Assembly: GCF_963921235.1 (NCBI RefSeq)
Contig: NC_086107.1
Coordinates: 112,098,001-112,162,000 of the forward strand
DNA: 64,000 nucleotides
Direction of reading: 5' to 3'
Origin: Mobula hypostoma
Lineage: Eukaryota
Shown here: positions 12,835 through 24,739 of the stretch, one piece after another
How the letters are laid out: the number at the start of each line of letters is the position of its first letter
How positions within the stretch are numbered: the first letter of the stretch is position 1
Translations under genes and position numbers: made by a program
Notes under the pieces: generated by a model
Seen by the model: only the letters and a program-made list of their open reading frames with translations
What the model was told of the DNA's origin: nothing
The model's database searches: none

Positions 12835-14765
12835 GGGGTGGCATGGGACTGCAGTGATTAGGCACAATGCTTCACAGTACCAGCGACACAGGTTCAATTC
12901 CTGCCGCAGACGGTAAGGAGTTTGCATGTTCTCCCTGTGACTGCATGGGCTCCAACACCACGCCCCCCCCCCCCCCAAGTGCTCTGGTTTCCACTTACAG
13001 TCCAAACACGCACCAGTTAGTAGGTTAATCGATTATTTTATGTTGTCTCATTATTAGGCTAAATTAAATTGGGGTGCTGAGTCGTGTGGCTGGAAGGACC
13101 TATTCCACACTATCTCATCACACTATCTTTATGGATAAATAATTTTCCTTTCAAGCATTTAATTTTTCAATCAGCCAGAAAAAATTCTCACCACAATAGT
13201 TTAGCAATACTGATTGATCATATTAATCTCCTTGCACCGAAATGGACCTGGCTTTTTTTTTTGTGGGCAAAGAGTGGCTCCCCACACAGTTGTTCGAACT
13301 GCGCCTTGTAAGGCATGAAAATGCCCGATGCTGGCCTCTCAGGTCTGAGTCGATGGCGTCATCTTTTTTTTTTTAGTCAAATGTTTTTATTCTTCCCTAT
13401 ACACAATTTTTACAAGTCTTTATGAAAGGCCCGAAATGTGAACCGTTTATGCGCCTTTCTTGCCGCCTGACTTGTTGAGTTCCACCAGCAGGTCCAGCAG
13501 CATTTATTGTACTTTATTTCGAGATATGGCACAGAACAGACCCTTCCGGCCCAGCGAGCTACTCTGCCCAGGACATTGCAGGACATTTTACAATGACCAA
13601 TTAACCTACTAACTGGACTGTGGGCGAAAACTAGCACACACACTCACAGGAAGCACGTACAGATGAACTCCTTACAGGTGGTATCGGAATTGAATTCCGA
13701 ACTCTTGACACCCCAAGCTGTAATAACTTTGCATTAACCACTATGCTACTGTGACATTCCATTTTGTGTGTGTTGCTGTATAATTTATGCTAATGTTTTT
13801 GGGACTATTTATGACAAACAAACCTATTAAGGAAAGCACAGAAAAGATTATGGCAGCCATGCATTCATTTTGATTAAGCTGCCCAAATAGACCCACTTCC
13901 AGCTCTTTACCCCTCACCTTAATTTAGACTTCAATATATTCAATTCTGTTTTATTTATTATTTATTGAGATACAGCATGCTCTTTGAGCCACGCCGCCCA
14001 GCAATCCCCCAGTTTAATCCTAGCCTAATCACAGGACAATTTACAATGATCAGTTAGCCTACCAACTGGTACATCTTTGGACTATGGGAGGAAACCATAG
14101 CACCCAGAGGAAACACTGCGGTCCAGGGAGAACGTACAAACTTCTTACAGGCAGCAACAGGAAATTAACTTGCACCACTGCACTACCATGCCGTCCAAAA
14201 GTGTCAGTATTGAATCTGCCTGAACCTTCCTTTCTCCCCGTCTGCTGTTTAACATACTATACAACTGTTTCTTGTATTATAATAGTGCCAGTAACATTAT
14301 ACTGTCTTACAAAAGCAGGCATCTCACACTCTATGTCATCCTGTCAATCTTCAGCACATGCTGCTCAGGGACTTTGACTAATATTATTTTGTGACCGCAA
14401 GTGCTGGGTCGTAACTATGCATGCTGTGTGTGACTGTATGAGACGTGTTCTGCGCCTTGGCCCCAGAGGAACAATGTTTCATTTAGCTGCATACATGTGT
14501 ATGGTTGAATGACAATAAACTTGAAGTTGAGAGTTTGTAATGAACAAGATAATATTTATTTAGAGTTACAGTATGGTAACAGGCCTGCAAGCACAAAGAG
14601 CATGTGTCGACCAGTAATATCCATGTGACCAACTAACCTACCAACTTGTGAGCCTTTGGAATATGGGAGGAAACCCGAGGTCCCAGGGGAAACCCGCAGG
14701 GAGACTGTACAAACTCTTACAGACAGCAAAGTATATTGAACCCAGGTCGTTGGCTGCTGTAATAG
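12835..14765. repeat. Cluster of V-SINE copies (~12835-13115 +; ~13515-13760, ~13950-14190, ~14555-14765 -)
   Basis: Repeated cores ggtaggttaat / attaacctac, tgggaggaaacc and tRNA-like heads. Confidence 0.65.
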
Positions 14766-15330
14766 CAGTCAAAGTACATTTATTAACAAAGTGTGTATAC
14801 ATTAAACAACTTTGAGATTCACCTTTTTACAGGCAACCACAAAACCAAGACCCTGCAAAACAAAACACCATAAAAAGACTGTCAAACATGTAATCTGCAG
14901 TGAGAAAAAAAATCATGCAAACAATAAATAGAAGCAAATAGTGTTCTGAACTGAAGACCATAAAGACAGTCCGTCCACAGAAACTTAGTTCAGCACAGAG
15001 CCGAGTAAACATCATTGAGCAGCAAACTGAACCTGCCCATCCCTTGCCTCAGGCCCTGACCTTCTAAACTGGTCCAGCACCTAAATCATCGCCCAAACAT
15101 CTGGTTCTGTTGCTTCGATACACTCTGGGGCCTGGACCGCACCAACTAGTACAGTACCATGCTGTCCTGGCAACGCCAATAATAGGAAATGACAATATCA
15201 AAATTAAGGAACAGACCAGAGACAATTGCCATTGGCAGTTTAGCAAGTATCTGGCTGAACATACATAGACATACTGGAGGGGCTAATGCATTAAAATGAT
15301 GTTGCCACCTAGTCCATTTCATTGTATATA

Positions 15331-16058
15331 CACTCAGTGGTCACTTTATTAGGTACAGGAGTGGAGCTGGTGTGGCCCTCTGCTGCTGTAGCCCACTCAT
15401 TTCAAAGTTTGATGTGTTGTGTGTTCAGAGATGCTCGCTAGACACTACTGTTGTAACGAGTGGTTACTTGGAGTTACTGTAAGCTTGAACAATTCTGGCC
15501 ATTCTCCTCTGACCTCTCTCATTAACAAAGCATTTTCACCTATAGAACTGCCCATTACTTGATTTTTTTTCCTGACGAAGGGTCTCTGCCCAAAACGTCG
15601 ACTGTACCTCTTCCTAGAGATGTTACCTGGCCTGCTGCGTTCACCAGCAACTTTGTGTGTTACTTGATTTTTTTTAATGTTTATCTCACCATTCTCTGTA
15701 AACTCTAGTGCAAGGGTTCGCAACCCTTTTTATGCCATTAACCAAGGGGTCCATGGACGCCAGATTGGAAACCCCTGCTCTAGAGACCATTATGTGTGTT
15801 GGGGGGGGGGGGGGGGAAGAATCAGCACTTCTGAAATACTCAAACCACCCCATCTGGCACCAACAATCATTGCACAGTCAAAGACACTTAGATCACATTC
15901 CTTCCCCATTCTAATGTTTGGTCTGAACAACAACAGAACCTCTTGACCATGTCTGCATTCTTTTATGCATTGAGCTGCTGCCACATAATTGGCTGATTAG
16001 ATATTTGCATTAATGAGGTGTACAGGTGTACTGTACCAAATAAAGTGGCCACTGAGTG
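15331..16058 (-). mobile_element. Non-autonomous Tc1-like element (same family as 2355) with two nested insertions
   Basis: TIRs CACTCAGTGGTCACTTTATT / AATAAAGTGGCCACTGAGTG and HTH fragment MGKECDLSVFDCAMIVGAR. Confidence 0.85.
15711..15777. mobile_element. 67-bp hAT (Charlie/MER1-like) MITE
   Basis: Ends CAAGGGTT...AACCCCTG with near-perfect 8-bp TSD CTCTAGTG / CTCTAGAG. Confidence 0.75.
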
Positions 16059-16132
16059 AATTTAGTTAGTTCTTAGTATTCTTGGGAACTTCCTAGTATT
16101 AAATATATTTAATACTAGCATTAAAGATATAT

Positions 16133-17731
16133 AAACAACAGGAATTCTGCAGATGCTGGAAATTCAAGCAACACACATCAAAGTTGCTGGTGAACGCAGC
16201 AGGCCAGGCAGCATCTCTAGGAAGAGGTGCAGTCGAGGTTTCAGGCCGAGACCCTTTGTCAGGACTAACTGAAAGAAGAGTGAGTAAGAGATTTGAAAGA
16301 TGGAGGGGGAGGGGGAGATCCAAAATGATAGGAGAAGACAGGAGGGGGAGGGATGGAGCCAAGAGCTGGACAGGTGATTGGCAAAAGGGATACGAGAGGA
16401 TCATGGGACAGGAGGTCCGGGAAGAAAGACAAGGAGGGTGGCGGGGGGGGGGGGAAGAACCCAGAGGATGGGCAATGGGGAATATTCAGAGGGACAGAGG
16501 GAAAAAAAGGAGAGTGAGAGAAAGAATGTGTGTATAAAAATAAGTAACAGATGGGGTACGAGGGGGAGGTGGGGCATTAGCGGAAGTTAGAGAAGTCTAT
16601 GTTCATGCCATCAGGTTGGAGGCTACCCAGACGGAATATAAGGTGTTGCTCCTCCAACCCGAGTGTGGCTTCATCTTTACAGTAGAGGAGGCCGTGGATA
16701 GACATGTCAGAATGGGAATGGGATGTGGAATTAAAATGTGTGGCCACTGGGAGATCCTGCTTTCTCTGGCGGACAGAGCGTAGATGTTCAGCAAAGCGGT
16801 CTCCCAGTCTGCATCGGGTCTCGCCAATATATAAAAGGCCACATCGGGAGCACTGGACACAGTATATCACCCCAGCTGACTCACAGGTGAAGTGTCGCCT
16901 CACCTGGAAGGACTGTTTGGGGCCCTGAATGGTGGTAAGGGAGGAAGTATAAGGGCATGTGTAGCACTTGTTCCGCTTACACGGATAAGTGCCAGGAGGG
17001 AGATCAGTGGGGAGGGATGGGGGGGATGAATGCACAAGGGAGTCACGTAGGGAGCAATCCCTGCAGAAAGGGGAGGGAAAGATGTGCTTAGTGGTGGGAT
17101 CCCGTTGGAGGTGGCGGAAGTTACGGAGAATAATATGTTGGACCCGGAGGCTGGTGGGGTGGTAGGTGAGGACCAGGGGAACACTATTCCTAGTGGGGTG
17201 GCGGGAGGATGGAGTGAAAAGAAGATGTACATGAAATGGGGGAGATGCGTTTAAGAGCAGAGTTGATAGTGGAGGAAGGGAAGCCCCTTTCTTTTAAAAA
17301 AAAAGACATCTCCCTCGTCCTAGAATGAAAAGCCTCATCCTGAGAGCAGATGCGGTGGAGACGGAGGAATTGCGGGAAAGGGATGGCGTTTTTGCAAGAG
17401 ACAGGGTGAGAAGAGGAATAGTCCAGATAGCTGTGAGAGTCAGTAGGCTTATAGTAGACATCAGTGGATAAGCTGTCTCCAGAGACAGAGACAGAAACAG
17501 AAAGATCTAGAAAGGGAAGGGAGGTGTTGGAAATGGACCAGGTAAACTTGAGGGCAGGGTGAAAGTTGGAGGCAAAGTTAATAAAGTCAACGAGCTCTGC
17601 ATGCATGCAGGAAGCAGCGCCAATGCAGTCGTCCATGTAGCGAAGGAAAAGTGGGGGGACAGATACCAGAATAGGCACGGAACATAGATTGTTCCACAAA
17701 GCCAACAAAAAGGCAGGCATAGCTAGGACCC
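16133..17731 (-). mobile_element. Penelope-like retroelement, 5'-truncated: RT C-half, GIY-YIG endonuclease and terminal repeat
   Basis: FLRYMDDCIG and VYYKPTDSHSYLDYSSSHP (ORF 17190..17780). GVIYCVQCSRCGLLYIGET..LGDRFAEH..LQPDGMN (ORF 16577..17035). Frameshifted. Mutated hammerhead core at ~16231-16266. Confidence 0.92.
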
Positions 17732-18984
17732 ATATCAGCCTTGTATAAAAGACCAAGTCATTATACTGAAGGAAATCCAAGTTAAAAAATTAATCCATTT
17801 ATTGCCATGTCCATATTTAGAAAGGTAGTTTATAAACAGCGAAGCTGTAATTACATGCCCCACCAAAGGCATTAAAACTGTACAGATTCCAACTCAGCTC
17901 CAGCTAGCTAAACCATATGTCCCAAGGCAAACATCTTGCTGTGACACATTGCTCCTCCAGAGTTAAAACTGTGCAGTCTCCATAAAAAAAAGCATACTTT
18001 CAGCACAGGTACAGAATAGCTCTGGCACATTTGTACATTTAGGAAGCAGCTACAGAGTGAAAAGAAGCTATTGCCAATAAATATGTACATAACACTCATG
18101 TAGCAAGTAGGACTTCAGCTCACTGTCGGGTCACTGGGGTTGAGTTACAGCAAGGATCGTTTGCAGCGATTAAAATAGATTGCAGCGAGCAGCCAAAAGA
18201 CTGGGAGATCAATAACTTTGTTTTATTGCTAGTAAAATTGCACTAATGTAGCAAGTGAAAGGCAATAAAAACTAAATTATAATTACTTTAGCACCTCAAA
18301 CTCAAGACTCAATCTTTACAAATGATTTGTGTAGCTAATGTACACACAGTAATATCACGTTTACGGGATCGTGACAAGATATGTTTTATTTTAAAATAAT
18401 CTGTACTCATGAAATAACTACTGCTCAGGATATTGCCCTGCTATTCTCCAAAGTAACACAGACAAAATTCTGAAGGAGCTGATTAGGCCAGGCAGCATCT
18501 AAGGAAAGGAATAAACAGTCAACATTTTGAGACAACATCCTTCAAAGGGTCTCCTTTCCATAGTTGCTGCCTGACCTGATGAATTCCTCCAGCATTTCAT
18601 GTCTCTTTCCCTGGATTTCCAGCATCTGCAGAATCTCATGTTTTTCTCCAAATCTGTTAAATCATTTCAAATGTATTTATTTAGAGATACAGCATGCAGT
18701 ATGCCCTTCGAGCCATGCCAGACAAAAATCCAATGAACCCTATCCTAATCACAGGACATCTTACAATGATCAGTTAACCTACCTGGTACATCTGTGGGAG
18801 GAAACCTGCACATTCCACGGGGAGGACGCACAAACTCTTTACAGAACTTCTCCAACTTTATTAATTTTAGAAGAGGTTCATGTGAATGCCAAAATTTGAT
18901 ACAAATTTGAAGGAAATGACAAAAGTTGGTCAAAGCAGCAACTTAGAAGAGCATCAAACAGAAGAACCATAAATAGAACACCAA

Positions 18985-19420
18985 CAGTTCTAGGTAGCCT
19001 TCAACTTGATGGCACGAACTTTGACTTCTTGAACTTCCAGAAATTGCCCCCCCCCACCTTCACCAATCCCCAATTTCTGTTTCCCTCTCTGACCTCATCT
19101 CCTTACCTGCCCATCACCTCCCTCTGGTGTTCCTCCCCCTTCCCTTTCTTCCATGATCTTCTATCCTCTCCTATCAGATTCCTTCTCCAGCCCTTTATCT
19201 CTATCACCAATCCACTTCCTTTCTCTTTACTTCACCCTTCCCCCTCTCCCAGCTTCACCCATCACTTACCACCTTGTACTTCTCCCTCCTCTTCTTACCG
19301 ATTTCTCTTCCTTTCCAGCCCTGATGAAGGGCCTCAGCCTGAAACATTGACTGTTTACTCTTTTCCATAGATGCCGCCTGGCCTGCTGAGGTCCTCCAGC
19401 ATTTTGTGTGTTGCTACAGA
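18985..19420 (+). mobile_element. Older Penelope 3' fragment
   Basis: ctaggtagccttcaacttgatggcacgaac (LGSLQ.DG.N), pyrimidine tract and decayed core CTGATGA..GAAA at ~19320. Confidence 0.7.
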
Positions 19421-19914
19421 AACAGATCCCTTCAGCACATCTCCTCTCTGTTGACCACAATGCCTATCTATGCCAATTCCAATGGCTTGCAGGTCCCTAT
19501 CCAAGTGCTCATCAAATATTGTAACTAAATGCCCCTACCCCACCTCCAGCAGCTTGCTCTAGATAACCCCTACCTTCTCATCCTTCAAATCTCCTCCAAA
19601 CTTCGCTCCTCTCATTCTGCAGGCCCTGCCCTGGGAAATGGGTTCTAACCATCTATCCCTCCTTAATTTTATAAGCCCATGTTAAAAGAGAATGAACCCA
19701 GTCCAAACTGCTGAAAACAGTTATACCAGACATAGTTATCAGATGAGCACTTCCACTGAGGCAGCAGAACCTCAGAATGAACACTTTAAGCAACTGGCAC
19801 ACTTCCAAGCATTAAATGACAAAGCAAAGGCACACATTTTGCAAGTGGCCATTGATTTTGTGAATGACAATTTCAATACACAATAGTATAATAGTTTCAC
19901 AAGTTACAGTGAAC

Positions 19915-20365
19915 ATGTCAGAATCTGGTTTATTATCACTGGCATACACCATGAAATTTGTTTTGTGGCAGCAGTACAGTGCAATAAAAATACTACAAGT
20001 TACAAGAAATAGATCAATGAAAAATTAAATAAGTAGTGCAAAAATAGTGAGTGTTTATGGGTTCACTGCCCATTCAGAAATCTGGTGGCGGAGGACAAGA
20101 AGCCATTTCTAACACATTGATATCTTCAGTCACCTGTACCTCCTCTCTGATGGTAGTAATAAGTAGTGAGCACACCCAGGGTGATGGACGCCACCTTTTG
20201 AAGATGTCCTCTAGGCAGGGGAGTCTAGTGCTTGAACCTGAAACACTCTGCAGTGGCCCCTCCACACCAGATGGTGATGCAACCCATTAGAATGCTCTCC
20301 TCGGTCCATCTGTAGAAATTTGCTCGAGTCTTTAGTGACATGCCAAATCTCCTCAAACTCCTAAT
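19915..20365 (-). mobile_element. Rex1/Babar-type LINE 3' fragment
   Basis: gaatctggtttattatcactggc tail and LEDIFKRW translation. Confidence 0.6.
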
Positions 20366-20419
20366 ATCACCTCTCACATTTCACCCTATTCCCAAAACAA
20401 CTTGCAATTTATAGTGTTT

Positions 20420-20830
20420 CCGATATAGTGGACTGCCTCAAGTTAGACTGTAAGAGCAATGTTTGATACAAGGGTGAGGATATGCCTCTACCAAAGGAGG
20501 TGCAAGGCTCCGCCAGCCTGCAAGTCCCCCTTGGGCAAGGTGCAACACCAACATAGTGCCACCCCTCCCCCCAAATCCGGGAATCAGGGTCACGCAAAGC
20601 CATGGGAGCAGGTGGTGGATAGTCGTATGAGCACATGGTGCATATCGCAAGTCCTGGTTATGTGACCACTGATGCCAGAGAGACAATCTCTGAAGAGTAT
20701 GATAATGGCTGGGGTCGCCCGTCTTGTAAAGACACCGCCTACCACTTCTGTAGAAAGATTTGCCAAGGACAATCATGGTCATTGACTGTAATTGCCACGT
20801 CATACGACACAGCACATAATGATGATGAAA
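20420..20830 (+). mobile_element. SINE-like element with (TGA)n tail, possibly RTE-mobilised
   Basis: GC/CpG-richer block ending cacataatgatgatga. The family assignment is inference. Confidence 0.4.
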
Positions 20831-21450
20831 CAAAGTGATTAAAGAATCATTCAAACTAACAAGAGAAAAAAAAGGAAGTGGTTACCAGTGCGGTTGTTTT
20901 TGCAAGTGCTAAACCAAACATGTCAAACATTTCCTACATTGCTGGCCTTACAACATTCTCTCCAAATTCTCTACTGCCCTGAAGGTGGGCAAATAGTTTT
21001 GTTCTGCAAAATTCAAGAACTACTTGGATGAGTTATATAGATTCGTTCTACCTCATTCCCTACAGAATGTAGGCCATAATTCAAACAATACATGGAATTG
21101 CTCAACTGGTACCTAACCACCAAGGTTAACCACTATATCATTAACAAAGCCAATCTAAAATATACAGTGGCATGCAAAAGTTTGGGCACTCCGGTCAAAA
21201 TTTCTGTTACTGTGAATAGCTAAGTAAAAGATGATCTGATTTCCAAAAGGCATAAAGTTAAAGATGACATTTCTTTAGTATTTTAAGCAAGATTACTTTT
21301 TTTATTTCCCTCTTTAACAGTTTCAAAATAGCATAAAAGGAAAAGGGCCCAAAGCAAAAGTTTGGGCACCCTGCATGGTCAGTACTTAGTAACACCCCCT
21401 TTGGCAAGTATCACAGCTTGTAAACACTTTCTGTAGCCAGCTAAGAGTCT

Positions 21451-22324
21451 TTCAAGCAACACACATCAAAGTTGCTGGTGAACGCAGCACGCCAAGCAGC
21501 ATCTGTAGGAAGAGGTGCAGTCGACGTTTCAGGCCGAGACCCTTCGTCAGGACTAATTGAAGGAAGAGTGAGTAAGGGATTTGAAAGTTGGAGGGGGAGG
21601 GGGAGATCCAAAATGATAGGAGAAGACAGGAGGGGGAGGGATAGAGCCAAGAGCTGGACAGGTGATAGGCAAAAGGGGATACGAGAGGATCATGGGACAG
21701 GAGGTCCGGGAAGAAAGACAAGTGGGGGGGGGGGGAGAGAGACCCAGAGGATGAGCAAGAGGTATATTCAGAGGGACAGAGGGAGAAAAAGGAGAAAGAG
21801 AGAAAAAGAATGTGTGCATAAAAATAAGTAACAGATGGGGTACGAGGGGGAGGTGGGGCCTAGCGGAAGTTACAGAAGACTTCTCTAACTTCCGCTAGGC
21901 CCCACCTCCCCCTCGTACCCCATCTGTTACTTATTTTTATGCACACATTCTTTCTCTCCCTCTCCTTTTTCTCCCTCTGTCCCTCTGAATATACCTCTTG
22001 CTCATCCTCTGGGTTCCCCCCCCCCCGTCTTTCTTCCCAGACCTCCTGTCCCATGATCCTCTCTTATCCCTTTTGCCTATCACCTGTCCAGCTCTTGGCT
22101 CTATCCCTCCCCCCCCCCGTCTTCTCCTATCATTTTGGATCTCCCCCTCCCCCTCCAACTTTCAAATCCCTTACTCACTCTTCCTTCAGTTAGTCCTGAC
22201 GAAGGGTCTCGGCCTGAAACGTCAACTGCGCCTCTTCCTACAGATGCTGCTTGGCCTGCTGCGTTCACCAGCAACTTTGATATGTGTTGCTTGAATTTCC
22301 AGCATCTGCAGAATTCCTGTTGTT
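21451..22324. mobile_element. Inverted pair of Penelope termini forming a ~850-bp fold-back
   Basis: Arm 21451-21878 is the near reverse complement of 21880-~22296. Flanked by TSD TAAGAGTCTTTCAA (21442-21455 / 22325-22338). Confidence 0.9.
21519..21554 (-). ncRNA. Minimal type I hammerhead ribozyme motif (intact core)
   Basis: Minus strand reads AGTC-CTGACGA-AGGGTCTCGGCCT-GAAA-C-GTC-GACT: helix I AGTC/GACT, helix II, palindromic ACGT helix III. Confidence 0.75.
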
Positions 22325-22602
22325 TAAGAGTCTTTCAATTCTTGTTTGGGGGATTTTCACTCATTCTTCCTTGCAAAAGGCTTCTAGTTCTGTGAGATTC
22401 TTGGGCCGTCTTGCATGCACTGCTCTTTTGAGGTCTATCCACAGATTCTCGATAATGTTTAGGTCGGGGGACTGTGAGGGCCATGGCAAAACCTTCAGCT
22501 TGCGCCTCTTGAGGTAGTCCATTGTGGATTTTGAGGTGTGTTTAGGATCATTATCCTGTTGTAGAAGCCATCCTCTTTTCACCTTCAGCTTTTTTAAAAA
22601 AT

Positions 22603-22614
22603 ATATATACACAT

Positions 22615-22655
<41 letters not shown>

Positions 22656-22659
22656 TACA
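22603..22659. repeat. (TA)n(CA)n microsatellite inside Tc1 transposase
   Basis: Direct reading. Absent at the homologous site of the 8995 copy. Confidence 0.9.
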
Positions 22660-24739
22660 GATGGTGTGATGTTTGCTTCCAGAATTTGCTGGTATTTAAT
22701 TGAATTCATTCTTCCCTGTACCAGTGAAATACTCCTCGTGCCACTGGCTGCAACACAAGCTCAAAGCATGATTGATCCACCCCGTGCTTAACAGTTGGAG
22801 AGGTGTTCTTTTCATGAAATTCTGCAGCCTTTTTTCTCCAAACATACCTTTGCTCATTGCAGCCAAAAAGTTCTACTTTAACTTCATCAGTCCACAGGAC
22901 TTGTTTCCAAAATGCATCAGGCTTGTTTAGATGTTCCTTTGCAAACTTCTGACACTGAATTTTGTGGTGAGGACACAGGAAAGGTTTTCTTCTGATGACT
23001 CTTCCATGAAGGTCATATTTGTGCAGGTGTCACTGCACAGTAGAGCAGTGCACCACCACTCCAGAGTCTGCTAAATCTTCCTGAACGTCTTTTGCAGTCA
23101 AATGGGGGTTTTGATTTGCCTTTCTAACAATCCTACGAGTAGTTCTCTCGGAAAGTTTTCTTGGTCTTCCAGACCTCAACTTGACTTCCACCTTTCCTGT
23201 CAACTGCTATTTCTTAATTACATTATGAACTGAGGAAATAGCCACCTCAAAACACTTTGCTATCTTTTGTAGCCTTCTCCTGCTTTATGGGCATCATTTA
23301 TTTTAATTTTCAGAGTGCTAGGCAGCTGCTTAGAGGAGCCCATGGCTGCTGATTGCTGGGACAAGGTTTGAGGAGTCAGGTTATTTATAAAGCTTTAAAA
23401 TTTGCATCACCTGGCCTTTCCTAACGATGACTGTAAACAAGCCATAGCCCTAACAAGCTAATTAAGGTCTGAGACATTGGTAAAAGTTAACTGAGAGCTC
23501 AAATCTCTCGGGGTGCCCAAACTTTTGCATGGTGCTCCTTTCCTTTTTCTCCTCCCCCCCACTCTAAAATTGTACAAAACAAAAATAGTACACTAATCTT
23601 AAAATGTTGAAGAATGTTTCATCTTTAACTTTATGACTTCTGGAGATCAGTTCATCTTCTACTCAACTATTTACAGTAACAGAAATTTTCACCAGCGTTG
23701 CTCAAACTTTTGCGTGCCACTGTACAGCTCACTCAACTTAATAGTGGAAGATCAGAGACACAAGAGACTGCAGATAACACACATAAATTGCTGGCGGAAC
23801 TCAGCGGGTCAGGTAGCATCTATGGAAAACAAAAGAACAGTCGACATTTCGGGCCAAGACCATTCTGCAGGACTGCAGTTACTGGAATCTAAAGCAAAAA
23901 AAAAAAAAAAACCAAAACTGCTTAGGAAACTTCACAGATCAAGCAACATCTGTGGGAAAGCCATTGGTGAGGTTTTGGGTTGAATTAAGATCAACTTTGG
24001 CTGGCTCTTTGCTGAAACATTTCCTTCATTTTAAAGATTAAAAAGATTAAACTATTTGTCACATGCACATTGAAATACAGTAAAATGTGTTGCTTGCATC
24101 AATGACCAACACAGTCTGAGATGTGCTGGGAGGAGCTCGTAAGTGTCAGCATGCTTCTGGTGCCAATTTAGCAAGCCCACAACTTACTAACCCTATTCCG
24201 TGTGTCTTTGCAACATGGGAGGACACCTGGATGAGTCCTATGCAGTCACACAGAGAACAGACAAACAGGAGTTGAACCATGCTGCTCCAAGATCAAGCTA
24301 TTCTAAGCTATGCTTAGAGGCCTTTCACTTGAGAATTAAAAACATAGGCTTAGATATGGATAATCATAGAATCATACAGCAGAGAAGCAGGCCACTCTGC
24401 CCAAGTGATCGATACTAGCATACCTTCCACGTGAATCTCCTCTACAAATACCTGTGTCAGCAGCACAGGTATTCACAGAATCTTCCATGAGGGGCCAATC
24501 CATACATTCTGCCCATGTTACCTCAGAAGCCCAATTATTCCAATACTTCCATCACTGTCCTGGCACAAACTCTGCGGTCATGCAGGTCAAGAGACTCTTT
24601 AAACAGTGAAATACACTACTCGTGTAACAAATATACCATCACAAATAAGGACCCACATTGTGTGCCCAACTAATTAAGTTATTAATTGTCCATTTCTAAA
24701 CCAATCTTTTTCTGCTTACATGACATTAATCCTTTCATT

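Larger units (their letters stand above)
21165..23722 (-). mobile_element. Second family-B Tc1 transposon (DD34E), split by a Penelope hairpin and a microsatellite
   Basis: TA-flanked TIRs CAGTGGCATGCAAAAGTTTG / CAAACTTTTGCGTGCCACTG. QQDNDPKH...SPDLNIIENLW has 34 residues between D and E. Confidence 0.92.

Noticed and set aside
20420..20830. Possible HDV-like ribozyme in the RTE-like SINE
   Set aside because: I could not build the nested double pseudoknot by eye. A descriptor search would be needed.
21441..22395. Many overlapping ORFs (MLVNAA.., VSPDEGSRPETST..) recurring across the window
   Set aside because: Readings of non-coding Penelope terminal repeats on both strands, not a protein family.
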